Positions 9,363 through 18,530 of a stretch of 61,604 nucleotides of DNA are shown piece after piece. The translations under genes were made by a program, and so were the position numbers. The notes beneath the pieces were generated by a model. It ran no database searches and had not been told where the DNA came from. It saw nothing but the letters and a program-made list of their open reading frames with translations. The stretch is taken from the NCBI GenBank assembly GCA_900754085.1, contig CAAEBO010000045.1, forward strand, positions 1 through 61,604. Reading direction: 5' to 3'. Position 1 is the stretch's first letter, and each line of letters opens with the position of its first letter. Source of the stretch: Clostridia bacterium. Lineage in GTDB: Bacteria > Bacillota > Clostridia > TANB77 > CAG-508.

Positions 9363-9467
9363 TGCAAATGTAATTTAATTGTAATACAAACGTAACAATA
9401 TGCTTACAAGTGTCAAAAATTGCCTATATATAAAGGAAAAACACTGGTATATAAATGGTTTGAAGCT

Positions 9468-9496
9468 TTGACACCTTTCGACAAAACTGCTATAAT
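9468..9496 (+). promoter_or_regulatory. consensus sigma-A promoter of veg
   Basis: TTGACA (9468-9473), exactly 17-nt spacer, TGcTATAAT (-10 at 9491-9496). Perfect -35, -10 and extended -10. Confidence 0.8.
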
Positions 9497-9525
9497 TAGT
9501 ACAGTTTTAAAAAGTAGGTGATGAA

Positions 9526-9825
9526 ATGATTTGTAGAGATGATATAACAAATCTAAAAACAGATATTGATGGAAAGATTGGTCAAAAGATTATTGTAAAA
9601 GGATCTTTAGGTAGAAGTAGAACTTTCGAAAAAGAAGCCACAATAGAAAAAGCCTATCCAAATATTTTTATAGTGAAATATGAGGAAAACGATAGAAATG
9701 TAACATATAGTTATACAGATATTTTAACTAGAACTGTAGAAGTTCAAGTATTTGATGGTCAAGAATATAGTCCATTAATACCACCAGCAGAAGATAAAAG
9801 ATTAAGTAAAAGAATAGATTTATAA
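9526..9825 (+). CDS. veg: Veg (biofilm/sporulation-associated small DNA-binding protein)
   Basis: LKTDIDGKIGQKIIVKGSLGRSRTFEKEATIEKAYPNIFIVKY...VTYSYTDILTRTVEV parallels B. subtilis Veg. Lies next to yabG as in Bacillus. Confidence 0.85.
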   Translation: MICRDDITNLKTDIDGKIGQKIIVKGSLGRSRTFEKEATIEKAYPNIFIVKYEENDRNVTYSYTDILTRTVEVQVFDGQEYSPLIPPAEDKRLSKRIDL

Positions 9826-9847
9826 TATTTTGCTTAAATATAAATGC

Positions 9848-9876
9848 AAATTCCTAGAAATAGGAATTTTTTTTTG
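9848..9876 (+). terminator. rho-independent terminator after veg
   Basis: AAATTCCTA-GAAA-TAGGAATTT followed by a long T run. Confidence 0.8.
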
Positions 9877-9915
9877 CCTTATTCATATAAATATAAAAAG
9901 AAAAGGAGGTAAAAA

Positions 9916-11460
9916 ATGAGTATAGAAGTTTTACAAGACAACTTATGTGTAAATAGACTTATAGAAGGGAAAAAGAAAGAAATTACATTAGAAAGCTCTA
10001 TAATAGTTCCAGATATAAAACCAGACATTGTAAAACCAATAGATTTAAGTGGAAATGTTTGTATATATAAAAAAGAAATGATAAATGGAAAAATTAAAAT
10101 AGATGGTACAATAGATAGTAATATTATATATTTAGCTGATAGTGGAGAAGAAACAATAAGAGGTCTTAATAGTAATATAGATTTTTCGGAATTTTTGGAC
10201 CTTGAAAATAAAGTAGAAGATGCAGATATAGATGTTAATATCATATTAAAGAATATGGAATGTGATGTTTTAAATGGAAGAAAAATTAATTTAAAAGCAG
10301 TTATAGAGGTAAATGCAAGATTATATTCAAATAATGGAGTAAGTATATTAAAAGAAATAAAAGGAATTAGAGGAATACAAAAACTTAATAAAATAGTACA
10401 ATTAAATTCTATGGTAGGAAAGAACACAACAAATGCGAATGCTAAGGAAAATATAATATTAAATTCGAACGAAAAAATTATGGAAATCTTAAAAAAAGAA
10501 GTAAAAATAATAAATAAAGATTTTAAAATTAGTTATAATAAAATTGTAGCTAAATCTGAACTTAGTGCAAAAATACTATATTTAACAGAAGAGGGAAAAA
10601 TAAATTATATAGAGAAAGTAATTCCTATTATGGGATTTATAGACATGGAAAATATAACTGAAGAAAATATATGTGAATTAAAATATTGCATAAAAAATAT
10701 TTTAATAAAATTAAATAATACAGAAGAAAACTCCATATACTTAGAGGTAGAAACAGAAATTAGTTGTTATTCTTACCAAACTAAAGATATAGAATTAATA
10801 CAAGATGTATTTACACCATTTGCTAATATCGAATATAAACAAAAAAATATAAAGGCAATGGTAGGACTGCAAAATATAAGTGATAATTATTTAATGAAAG
10901 AGCAAATAACAAATTCAGAAATTACCAATGGAAGAATTTATAATGTTAGCACAAGTGCAAATATAAATAACATAAAAATACTCGGTAGTAAAGCTATTTA
11001 TGAAGGTGAAGCAATCGTAAATATTTTATACGAAAGTACAGAAGTTACACATGTAGATAAAAAAGAATTTAGATTTCCAATTAATTACGAAATAAATATA
11101 TTAGAAGGCATTAAAGAAGAAAATTTAGACATTATTGTTGATGTAGAAAAGTGTGATATTTTAGTAGAAAATGATAATGTTGGTATTAATATAGGACTAA
11201 ATATTAATACTAAGATGTTTAAAACGATAGAACTTAACATTATAGACGATTTAGAGGAAAAAGAGTTAGAAGAAAGAGAAGAATATAGTATAATAATATA
11301 TTTTGTTAAGGCTGGAGATACATTATGGAACATAGCTAAAAAATATAGAAGCACAGTGGAAAATATAAAACAGATTAATAATATAGAAGATGAAGATAAG
11401 TTAGAGATAAATCAACAATTATTTATACCTAGATATGTAGAAAAAGTTAAGGCTATTTAA
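9916..11460 (+). CDS. sipL: DUF3794 repeats plus C-terminal LysM protein, SipL-like spore coat morphogenetic protein
   Basis: Repeated ...PDIKPDIVKPIDLSGNV...GKIKIDGTIDSNIIYL modules. C-terminal LysM (YFVKAGDTLWNIAKKYRSTVENIKQINNI...LEINQQLFIP). About 514 aa, in a yabG-veg-sipL arrangement as I recall for C. difficile. Confidence 0.7.
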   Translation: MSIEVLQDNLCVNRLIEGKKKEITLESSIIVPDIKPDIVKPIDLSGNVCIYKKEMINGKIKIDGTIDSNIIYLADSGEETIRGLNSNIDFSEFLDLENKVEDADIDVNIILKNMECDVLNGRKINLKAVIEVNARLYSNNGVSILKEIKGIRGIQKLNKIVQLNSMVGKNTTNANAKENIILNSNEKIMEILKKEVKIINKDFKISYNKIVAKSELSAKILYLTEEGKINYIEKVIPIMGFIDMENITEENICELKYCIKNILIKLNNTEENSIYLEVETEISCYSYQTKDIELIQDVFTPFANIEYKQKNIKAMVGLQNISDNYLMKEQITNSEITNGRIYNVSTSANINNIKILGSKAIYEGEAIVNILYESTEVTHVDKKEFRFPINYEINILEGIKEENLDIIVDVEKCDILVENDNVGINIGLNINTKMFKTIELNIIDDLEEKELEEREEYSIIIYFVKAGDTLWNIAKKYRSTVENIKQINNIEDEDKLEINQQLFIPRYVEKVKAI

Positions 11461-11461
11461 T

Positions 11462-12118
11462 ATGGAAAAGATATATTCTAGAAAAAGAATAAATTTGTCA
11501 AAAAAGTATAGCTTAATACTTTTAATTTTAATAACAGCATTGTTTACAGTAGGTTACTTAGTAAAAACGATTGGACCTGTATTTAATCAATTATGTTTAA
11601 ATGAAGCAAAGTCTGTAGCAACAAAGATAGTACATGAAACAATAGATGAAGTTATGGAAAAATACGGGTATAATGATTTAATTACATTGGTAAAAGATAA
11701 AGAAGGTAAGATAGTTTCTATGCAAGCTAATATAGCAATAATAAATAAGATCATTTCACAAATTTCGCTAAAAATACAAGATAAAATAGATAGTACTCCA
11801 AATAGGGATATATATATAAGATTAGGCTCATTTACCGGAATTACAGTTTTATCTGGAAGAGGACCGAAAGTTCCAATTAGAATATCCAGTATAGGAAATA
11901 TTAATACAGAAGTAATGAGCGAATTTACATCTACTGGAATAAACCAATCCATACATAGGATTTTTACAAATATAACTTGTAAAATAGAAGTACTAACGCC
12001 ATTTAATACTATAACTAATGAAATAGAAGAAAAGATAATATTAGCAGAGAATGTAATTATAGGAAATATTCCAGAGAATTATTTGGATATTGGAAGGTTG
12101 TTAAGTGAAAATAATTAG
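11462..12118 (+). CDS. yunB: sporulation protein YunB
   Basis: N-terminal TM helix, then LCLNEAKSVATKIVHETIDEV, RLGSFTGITVLSGRGPKVPIRI, FTSTGINQSIHRI, as in the Spore_YunB family. Confidence 0.75.
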   Translation: MEKIYSRKRINLSKKYSLILLILITALFTVGYLVKTIGPVFNQLCLNEAKSVATKIVHETIDEVMEKYGYNDLITLVKDKEGKIVSMQANIAIINKIISQISLKIQDKIDSTPNRDIYIRLGSFTGITVLSGRGPKVPIRISSIGNINTEVMSEFTSTGINQSIHRIFTNITCKIEVLTPFNTITNEIEEKIILAENVIIGNIPENYLDIGRLLSENN

Positions 12119-12130
12119 TTGACATATTAA

Positions 12131-12152
12131 ATTTCAAAAAAATTTCAAAAAA
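12131..12152 (+). repeat. tandem 11-bp A-tract repeat (ATTTCAAAAAA x2)
   Basis: Read directly upstream of the ftsZ-like gene. Period is about one helical turn. Confidence 0.7.
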
Positions 12153-12154
12153 GC

Positions 12155-12183
12155 TCCACAAAAGGCGAAAAAAGTGTTATAAT
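12155..12183 (+). promoter_or_regulatory. putative extended -10 promoter of the ftsZ-like gene
   Basis: TCCACA (12155-12160), 17-nt spacer, TGtTATAAT (-10 at 12178-12183). Confidence 0.45.
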
Positions 12184-12257
12184 GAGGTCGAAGTGTTATA
12201 TTTTATAAAATGCCTAGTAATATATTATTGAAATATAAAAAATAAAGGAGATAATAT

Positions 12258-13205
12258 ATGGATAAATTAAATGTAAAGAACTTAATTAATATTAAAGTAA
12301 TTGGAATCGGTGGAGCTGGTAACAATGCTGTTAATAGAATGATCGAAGATGGAATCGAAGGTGTAGAATTTTATGAGTTTAACACAGAAGTAAAAGTTCT
12401 CGAAAAATCAAAAACAAAAAATGTTATGCAAATCGGGAAAGAAATTACAAAAGGATTAGGTGCTGGAGGAGATGTATCCATAGGTGAAAGAGCAGCAATG
12501 GAGAGCAAAGAGGAAATCAAAAATATATTACAAGGTACAGATTTATTGTTCCTAACAGCTGGAATGGGTGGAGGAACAGGAACAGGTGCAATTCCTACAA
12601 TAGCACAATTTGCAAAAGAAATGGGAATCCTAACAGTAGGTATAGTTTCTAGACCATTTTCTTTTGAAGGAAAAATACGAATGGCAAGAGCACAAAGAGG
12701 AATAGATGAATTACGTGAAAACGTAAATTCATTAATAGTTGTTTTAAATGACAATCTATTAAAAGGAAACAGCAGAATTACATTACAAAACGCATTTAAA
12801 GAAGTAGACTTGGTTTTAGAAAAAGGAATAAAAGGTATAACAGACCAAATTGCAACACCAGGATTAGTAAACATAGACTTTGCAGATATTAGAACTATTA
12901 TTGGTTATAAAGGAAATGCTTATATGGGTATTGGTAGAGGCAAAGGCGAACACAGAAACGAAGTTGCAGTAAAAGAAGCAATAGGAAATCCTTTAACAGA
13001 AACAATGATACAAAATGCTAAAGGTGTAATTGTAAATATAGCTGGAAGTGCAGAAATGCCTTTAGATGAAATAAATGCAATTATGACTGTAATAGGAGAT
13101 AGAGTAGATAATCCAGAAGCAAATATAATTTTTGGAACAATTATAGACGATTCTTTACAAGACGAAATAATAATTACAGTTATAGCAACAGGAATAGGTA
13201 TGTAA
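12258..13205 (+). CDS. FtsZ-family tubulin-like GTPase, short form lacking C-terminal linker and tail
   Basis: IKVIGIGGAGNNAVNRMI, TAGMGGGTGTGAIP, VGIVSRPFSFEG, PGLVNIDFADIRT. Ends ...IIITVIATGIGM right after the globular domain (315 aa). Confidence 0.85.
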   Translation: MDKLNVKNLINIKVIGIGGAGNNAVNRMIEDGIEGVEFYEFNTEVKVLEKSKTKNVMQIGKEITKGLGAGGDVSIGERAAMESKEEIKNILQGTDLLFLTAGMGGGTGTGAIPTIAQFAKEMGILTVGIVSRPFSFEGKIRMARAQRGIDELRENVNSLIVVLNDNLLKGNSRITLQNAFKEVDLVLEKGIKGITDQIATPGLVNIDFADIRTIIGYKGNAYMGIGRGKGEHRNEVAVKEAIGNPLTETMIQNAKGVIVNIAGSAEMPLDEINAIMTVIGDRVDNPEANIIFGTIIDDSLQDEIIITVIATGIGM

Positions 13206-13214
13206 CCAATATTA

Positions 13215-13243
13215 GGGATTTTGGGGACGGTCCTAAAAATCCC
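13215..13243 (+). repeat. REP-like 29-bp palindromic element, forward copy
   Basis: GGGATTTTGGGGACGGTCCTAAAAATCCC, 9 nt after the ftsZ-like stop, followed by TTTTT. Confidence 0.9.
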
Positions 13244-13325
13244 TTTTTAAAACACCAAATGTTTTTACATTAAGGTGTTTTTTTTTGCCTAAATATGATA
13301 ATATTAACACATATGAGGTGAGCAA

Positions 13326-16300
13326 ATGAGTTTAAAATTAATATATGGCAGATCTGGGTCTGGTAAAAGTGAATTTTGCTTTAGAGATATTGCAAAAAAT
13401 ATAAATAAAGAGAAAATATATTTAATTGTACCAAACCAAATGGCATTAATGGCAGAAAAGAAATTAATGGAAATTACTAATAATGTAAGCTTAATAAATA
13501 CAGAGGTAATTACATTTAACAGAATGGCTTTTAGAGTAAGAAATGAAATAGGTGGAGCTAAAAAGACAAACTTAAGTAAAAGTGGAAAAGCAATGTTACT
13601 TTATGATATTCTAAGAAAACAAAAAGATTCTCTAAATTTTTTAGGAAAGAGTGCAGAGAATGTAGATATAATAGGTAATTCCATAACTGAGTTTAAAAAA
13701 CATAGAATAGATATAAACAAATTAAAAGAAGAATGTAACAATACAGATGATATGTATTTAAAGCTAAAATTAAATGATATGATTAAAATGTACGAAGAAT
13801 TCGAAAGTAGTATTCAAAATAGATTTTTAGATGAAAATGATGTTTTAGATATTTTAAATACTCAAATAGTAGAAAGTAATCAATTTAAAAATTCGATAAT
13901 ATATATAGATGAATTTGTAGGTTTTACAACCCAAGAATATCAAATAATCGCAAAATTGTTACAAATTGCAAAACAAGTAAACATTACAATTTGTACAGAT
14001 AATTTAATACAAGATGAAGAAGTGGATAAAGATATTTTTTATGCAAGCAAAAATACAGGAATAAAATTAATTAATATTGCAAAAGAATATGGAATAGAAA
14101 TAGAAGATGATGTAAAACTTACACAATTATATAGGTTTAAAAACGATGAACTTAAACATTTAGAAGGAAATTTTTATAATATACCATATAAAAAATACGA
14201 AGAAGAACCTAAAAATATAAAAATGTTTTTAGCTAATAATCAATATAGCGAAATAGAACATATAGCGAGCCAAATAGTAAAATTAGTTAGAAACGAAGAA
14301 TATAGGTATAAAGATATATCTGTTATAACTAAAAATTTAAATATATATTCTAGTTTAATAAAAGTAATATTTGGCAATTATAACATTCCAGTGTTTATAG
14401 ACGAAAAAAGAGAATTAAGTGAAAATATAATAGTAAAATTCTTAATTTCTGTTTTGGAAATATGTAGTAAAAATTGGTCATATGAGGCTGTATTTAATTA
14501 TTTAAAAACAGGTTTTGTAAATATAGATAGAGAAGAAATATTTAAATTAGAAAATTACTGTATAAGATGGGGAATAAAAGGAAATAAGTGGTATAGAGAA
14601 GATTGGAACTACTTAGGTAAAGATGAATACACACAAGAAGAACTGGAAAGATTAAATGAATTAAGAAGAATAATAGTAAAACCAATAAGAAATTTACAAG
14701 AAAAAGCTAAAAAAGATAGTACATTTTTAAATTTGACTAAAATTTTATATGAATTTTTACAAGAAATGAAATTAGAAGAAACAATAAGGCTAAAAATAAA
14801 TAAGTTAGAAGAAAAAGGCTTTATAGAACTTGCAAATGAATATGAAACTAGTTTTAAAGTTTTAATAGATTTATTTGACGAAATAGTTTTAGTATTTGGA
14901 GAAGAGAATACTAATTTTGATAAATATATAAATACGCTAAAAATAGGATTAAAAAATACAGGACTTGGTAAAATTCCTGCAACACAAGACGAAGTAATTG
15001 TAGGAGATGTTAGTAGATCTAGAAGTCATAAAGTTAAGGCGGTATTTATTATAGGAATAAATGATGGCGAATTTCCAAGCATTTATAAAGATGAGGGATT
15101 TTTTAACGATAAAGATAGAGAATACTTAAAAGGCCAAGGCTTTGAACTTGCAAATGGAAGTATAGAAAATTTATACGAAGAAAATTTTAATATATATAAA
15201 GCTTTTACAGTTGCAGAAGAAAAATTATTTCTTTCTTATGCTTCATCAGATAACGAAGGGCGAACACTAAGACCATCAATACTAATAACAAAGGTAAAAA
15301 AGATATATCCAAAATTGCAAGAAACAAGTGATATAATAATACAAGAGAAAGAGATTATTACTAAAAATAATACATTTGACAATTTAATAGAAAAATTAAA
15401 TGATTATCAAGAAGGAAAAGAAATAGAAGATATATGGTTTGACATTTTATATTATTATGAAAATGATGCTTTATGGAGAGGAAGACTTTTAAAGAGTTTA
15501 GAGGGGATTAATTATACAAATATTCCAGAAAAAATAAGACCAGAGTTTGTAAAAAAATTATATGGAGAAACGTTACATACAACGATTTCTAGATTAGAAC
15601 GATATAGAAGTTGTCCATTTTCTTTTTATTTAGAATATGGATTAAAATTAAAAGAGAAGAAATCTTTAAAATTAGATCCAATAGATACAGGTTCTTTTAT
15701 GCACGAGGTTATAGATACATTTTTCGAAGAAATTGCTAATAATAAAATTTCGATACAAGAAATTGAAAAAGCAGATATAGAAAAGATTGTAAAAAAAATA
15801 GTAGAAGAAAAATTAAATTTAACATCTAATTATATTTTTAAAAGTATTCCAAAGTTTATTATGCTTACAAATAGGCTATGCAGATTGGTAACACTTTCTA
15901 TAATATATATTGTTCAGGGACTTAAAAATACAGATTTTGAAGTAGTAGGAAATGAGATAGAATTTAAAAATGGCAAAGAATATAGACCTATAGAAATTAT
16001 TACAAAAGATGGTAGAAAAGTAGAAATAACAGGTAAAATAGATAGAATAGATTTAGCAAAAGATGAAACAGGAAAATATATTAGAATAATAGATTATAAA
16101 TCTTCTGCAAAAGATATAAATTTAAATGAAGTATTAGCAGGTCTACAATTACAATTAATTACATACTTAGATGCTGTATGCCAGGAAAAAGATTTAATAC
16201 CAGCAGGAATATTGTATTTTGGACTAGTAGAGCCTAAAATAGATAAAGGAAAAAGAGGAAAAGATATAACAGAGGAAGAGCTAGAACAAAAAATAAGGGA

Positions 16301-16706
16301 ACATTTTAGAATGAATGGACTAGTTTTGGCAGAAATGAAGGCTGTAAACATGATGGATAATAAGTTAAAAGATGGAGAAAAGTCAGACATAATTCCTGTT
16401 AAAATAAAAAAGGATGGAACTATGGATAAAACCTCTAAAGTAGTTTCAAGAAAAGAATTCGAAATTTTACAAAAGTATGTAAAAAAGACATTAGGAGAAA
16501 TTTCTAAAGAGATTTTAGATGGAAATATAGATATAAAGCCATATTATAATGTTAAAACTAAAAAGAAACCTTGTGAATATTGCAAATATAATTCGATATG
16601 TAATTTTAAAAAAGGATTTTATGGTAATGATTATAATTATATAGACAACATGGAAAAAGAATTTATACTTGAGTGTATGAAAGGAGATATTAATGAATCT
16701 AAGTAA
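13326..16706 (+). CDS. addB: ATP-dependent helicase/nuclease AddAB, subunit B
   Basis: N-terminal LIYGRSGSGKSEF. C-terminal RecB-type nuclease with Fe-S cysteines (RSCPFSF ... PCEYCKYNSIC). 1126 aa. Confidence 0.85.
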   Translation: MSLKLIYGRSGSGKSEFCFRDIAKNINKEKIYLIVPNQMALMAEKKLMEITNNVSLINTEVITFNRMAFRVRNEIGGAKKTNLSKSGKAMLLYDILRKQKDSLNFLGKSAENVDIIGNSITEFKKHRIDINKLKEECNNTDDMYLKLKLNDMIKMYEEFESSIQNRFLDENDVLDILNTQIVESNQFKNSIIYIDEFVGFTTQEYQIIAKLLQIAKQVNITICTDNLIQDEEVDKDIFYASKNTGIKLINIAKEYGIEIEDDVKLTQLYRFKNDELKHLEGNFYNIPYKKYEEEPKNIKMFLANNQYSEIEHIASQIVKLVRNEEYRYKDISVITKNLNIYSSLIKVIFGNYNIPVFIDEKRELSENIIVKFLISVLEICSKNWSYEAVFNYLKTGFVNIDREEIFKLENYCIRWGIKGNKWYREDWNYLGKDEYTQEELERLNELRRIIVKPIRNLQEKAKKDSTFLNLTKILYEFLQEMKLEETIRLKINKLEEKGFIELANEYETSFKVLIDLFDEIVLVFGEENTNFDKYINTLKIGLKNTGLGKIPATQDEVIVGDVSRSRSHKVKAVFIIGINDGEFPSIYKDEGFFNDKDREYLKGQGFELANGSIENLYEENFNIYKAFTVAEEKLFLSYASSDNEGRTLRPSILITKVKKIYPKLQETSDIIIQEKEIITKNNTFDNLIEKLNDYQEGKEIEDIWFDILYYYENDALWRGRLLKSLEGINYTNIPEKIRPEFVKKLYGETLHTTISRLERYRSCPFSFYLEYGLKLKEKKSLKLDPIDTGSFMHEVIDTFFEEIANNKISIQEIEKADIEKIVKKIVEEKLNLTSNYIFKSIPKFIMLTNRLCRLVTLSIIYIVQGLKNTDFEVVGNEIEFKNGKEYRPIEIITKDGRKVEITGKIDRIDLAKDETGKYIRIIDYKSSAKDINLNEVLAGLQLQLITYLDAVCQEKDLIPAGILYFGLVEPKIDKGKRGKDITEEELEQKIREHFRMNGLVLAEMKAVNMMDNKLKDGEKSDIIPVKIKKDGTMDKTSKVVSRKEFEILQKYVKKTLGEISKEILDGNIDIKPYYNVKTKKKPCEYCKYNSICNFKKGFYGNDYNYIDNMEKEFILECMKGDINESK

Positions 16707-17517
16707 CGAAAATGTTATTCACTTTAAAGCCGGAGATGTAGAATATTTACAATTTAGGGAATTGCTAAAATATTCAGATAAAATACAACATGCATATTCG
16801 TTAAAACCATTACAATTTAGCGATGATAACGAAGAAGCAACAGAAAATTATAGGAAAATATGTGAATTATTAAAAATAGATTCTAATAAAATAATAAAAT
16901 CTGTGCAAAAACATACCAATGTAGTACAAAACATAACAGAATTCACAAATGAAAACTTTGAATTTGTAGATGGGTTTGTAACGAACCAAAAAGGTATACC
17001 ATTAGTTACAAAATATGCAGATTGTACACCAATAATTTTTTATGATAAAATAAAAAACGTTATAGGAAATGTGCATTCTGGTTGGAGAGGAACTTTGCAA
17101 CGAATAAGCCAGAAAGCAGTTATAATGATGCAAGAAAAATATGGGAGTAATCCAGAAGATATTATAGTATGTATAGGCCCTTGCATAAAACAATGTCACT
17201 TTGAAGTAGAAGAAGATTTTATACAAAGATTTAAAGAAGAATTTGGAAATATAGAAAAATATTATAAAAAAGGAAAAAATAAAAATTTAGAAGAAAAGTT
17301 AAATAATAATCTTGAAAACAAAGAAGTAGGAGAAAAACAAAAATATTATTTTGATACAACAAAATTAATAATAGACGATTTAACAAAAATAGGAATTAAA
17401 AAAGAGAATATATTCGATAGTAATATATGTAGTGTATGTAATTCTAGTATAATGTATTCATATAGAGCAGAAAAAGAATTAGCAGATAGAAATATGAATA
17501 TAGTACAACTTTTATAA
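16693..17517 (+). CDS. pgeF: peptidoglycan editing factor PgeF / YfiH (DUF152, laccase-domain) family
   Basis: YADCTPIIF, NVHSGWRGTLQRI, CIGPCIKQCHFEV, C-terminal CSVC...YSYR. Contains a K/N/E-rich insertion. Overlaps the addB stop by 14 nt. Confidence 0.75.
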   Translation: MNLSNENVIHFKAGDVEYLQFRELLKYSDKIQHAYSLKPLQFSDDNEEATENYRKICELLKIDSNKIIKSVQKHTNVVQNITEFTNENFEFVDGFVTNQKGIPLVTKYADCTPIIFYDKIKNVIGNVHSGWRGTLQRISQKAVIMMQEKYGSNPEDIIVCIGPCIKQCHFEVEEDFIQRFKEEFGNIEKYYKKGKNKNLEEKLNNNLENKEVGEKQKYYFDTTKLIIDDLTKIGIKKENIFDSNICSVCNSSIMYSYRAEKELADRNMNIVQLL

Positions 17518-17594
17518 AATGTAATCCCATTCTTGTGAATAAAAAAATGAAGAAAAAGAACATTAATAATATTCAATTTTAGAAAGGAGAAATT

Positions 17595-18512
17595 ATGATA
17601 CCAAATAGACTAAAAAAAGGAGATACATTAGGAATAATTGCACCATCAGATAATGTGACAGAGCAAAATTTGGATGAATTTAATAGCTCAATTTTGTTAA
17701 TGGAACAAGCAGGATATAATATAAAGATAGGAAAAAATGTTTTTTCTAATGAAACAGAATATGGAGCAACAGCAAAACAAAAAGCAGATGATTTAAATAA
17801 AATGTTTGCTGATAAAGACGTGAAAATGGTTTGGTGTGCTAAAGGTGGTTATAATTCGAACTCTATTTTTGATTTGATTGATTATGAATTAATAAAAAAC
17901 AATCCTAAAATATTATGTGGATATAGTGATACTACTGCTATAGCTAATATAATTTATGAAAGAACAGGATTAGTTACATTTTCTGGTCAAACATTTAAAG
18001 GGTTAGCTTCGTGCGAAACAGAATATTGCTATAATGAAATTATAAAAAGATTACAAGAAGCAGATTTAGAACTTGGAGATAATAGTGATAAATATAATGT
18101 AATACATAAAGGTAAAGCAGAAGGTATTATGATTGGGGGAAATTTAAGTATATTTTCTAACTTAATAACAGGAAAATATAATATGAATATTAAAGATAAA
18201 ATTTTATTTTTAGAAGAATTTCCACTAGAATCACCACCAGAAGCAGTTAGTTCATATTTTTATAGAATGAAACAAAATGATGTTTTTAACCAAATTAAAG
18301 GAATATGGTTTGGTGGATATGAACATGAATCTGGAATAACACTTTCTAAAATATTAGAAGATACAATAGGAAATGAATATGATTTTCCAATAATACAATC
18401 AAGCAATTTTGGACATATAGATAAGAAAACAGTTATACCAATTGGAACAAAAGTAAAAATAGATACAGAAGACGAAGTAAAAATAAGATTATTAGAAAAA
18501 TGTGTAAAATAG
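17595..18512 (+). CDS. LD-carboxypeptidase (peptidase S66, LdcA/MccF-like)
   Basis: LKKGDTLGIIAPS, WCAKGGYNSN, CGYSDTTAI (nucleophile Ser), SNFGHIDKK. Confidence 0.8.
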   Translation: MIPNRLKKGDTLGIIAPSDNVTEQNLDEFNSSILLMEQAGYNIKIGKNVFSNETEYGATAKQKADDLNKMFADKDVKMVWCAKGGYNSNSIFDLIDYELIKNNPKILCGYSDTTAIANIIYERTGLVTFSGQTFKGLASCETEYCYNEIIKRLQEADLELGDNSDKYNVIHKGKAEGIMIGGNLSIFSNLITGKYNMNIKDKILFLEEFPLESPPEAVSSYFYRMKQNDVFNQIKGIWFGGYEHESGITLSKILEDTIGNEYDFPIIQSSNFGHIDKKTVIPIGTKVKIDTEDEVKIRLLEKCVK

Positions 18513-18530
18513 CATGAAGAGGTGTAAAAA

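Noticed and set aside
9879-10427. 182-aa minus-strand ORF, and similar antisense ORFs at 862-1236, 12371-12874, 18260-18727, 43902-44357 and 52029-52520
   Set aside because: Each lies inside or against a strongly supported opposite-strand gene and translates to Ile/Leu/Phe/Ser-rich low-complexity sequence.
13206-13325. Remnant of an FtsZ C-terminal linker or tail downstream of the short ftsZ-like gene (possible truncation by REP insertion)
   Set aside because: The 120-nt gap holds only the REP, a second hairpin (AAAACACC/GGTGTTTT) and the addB RBS. No frame encodes anything resembling an FtsZ tail, so truncation cannot be shown from this sequence.
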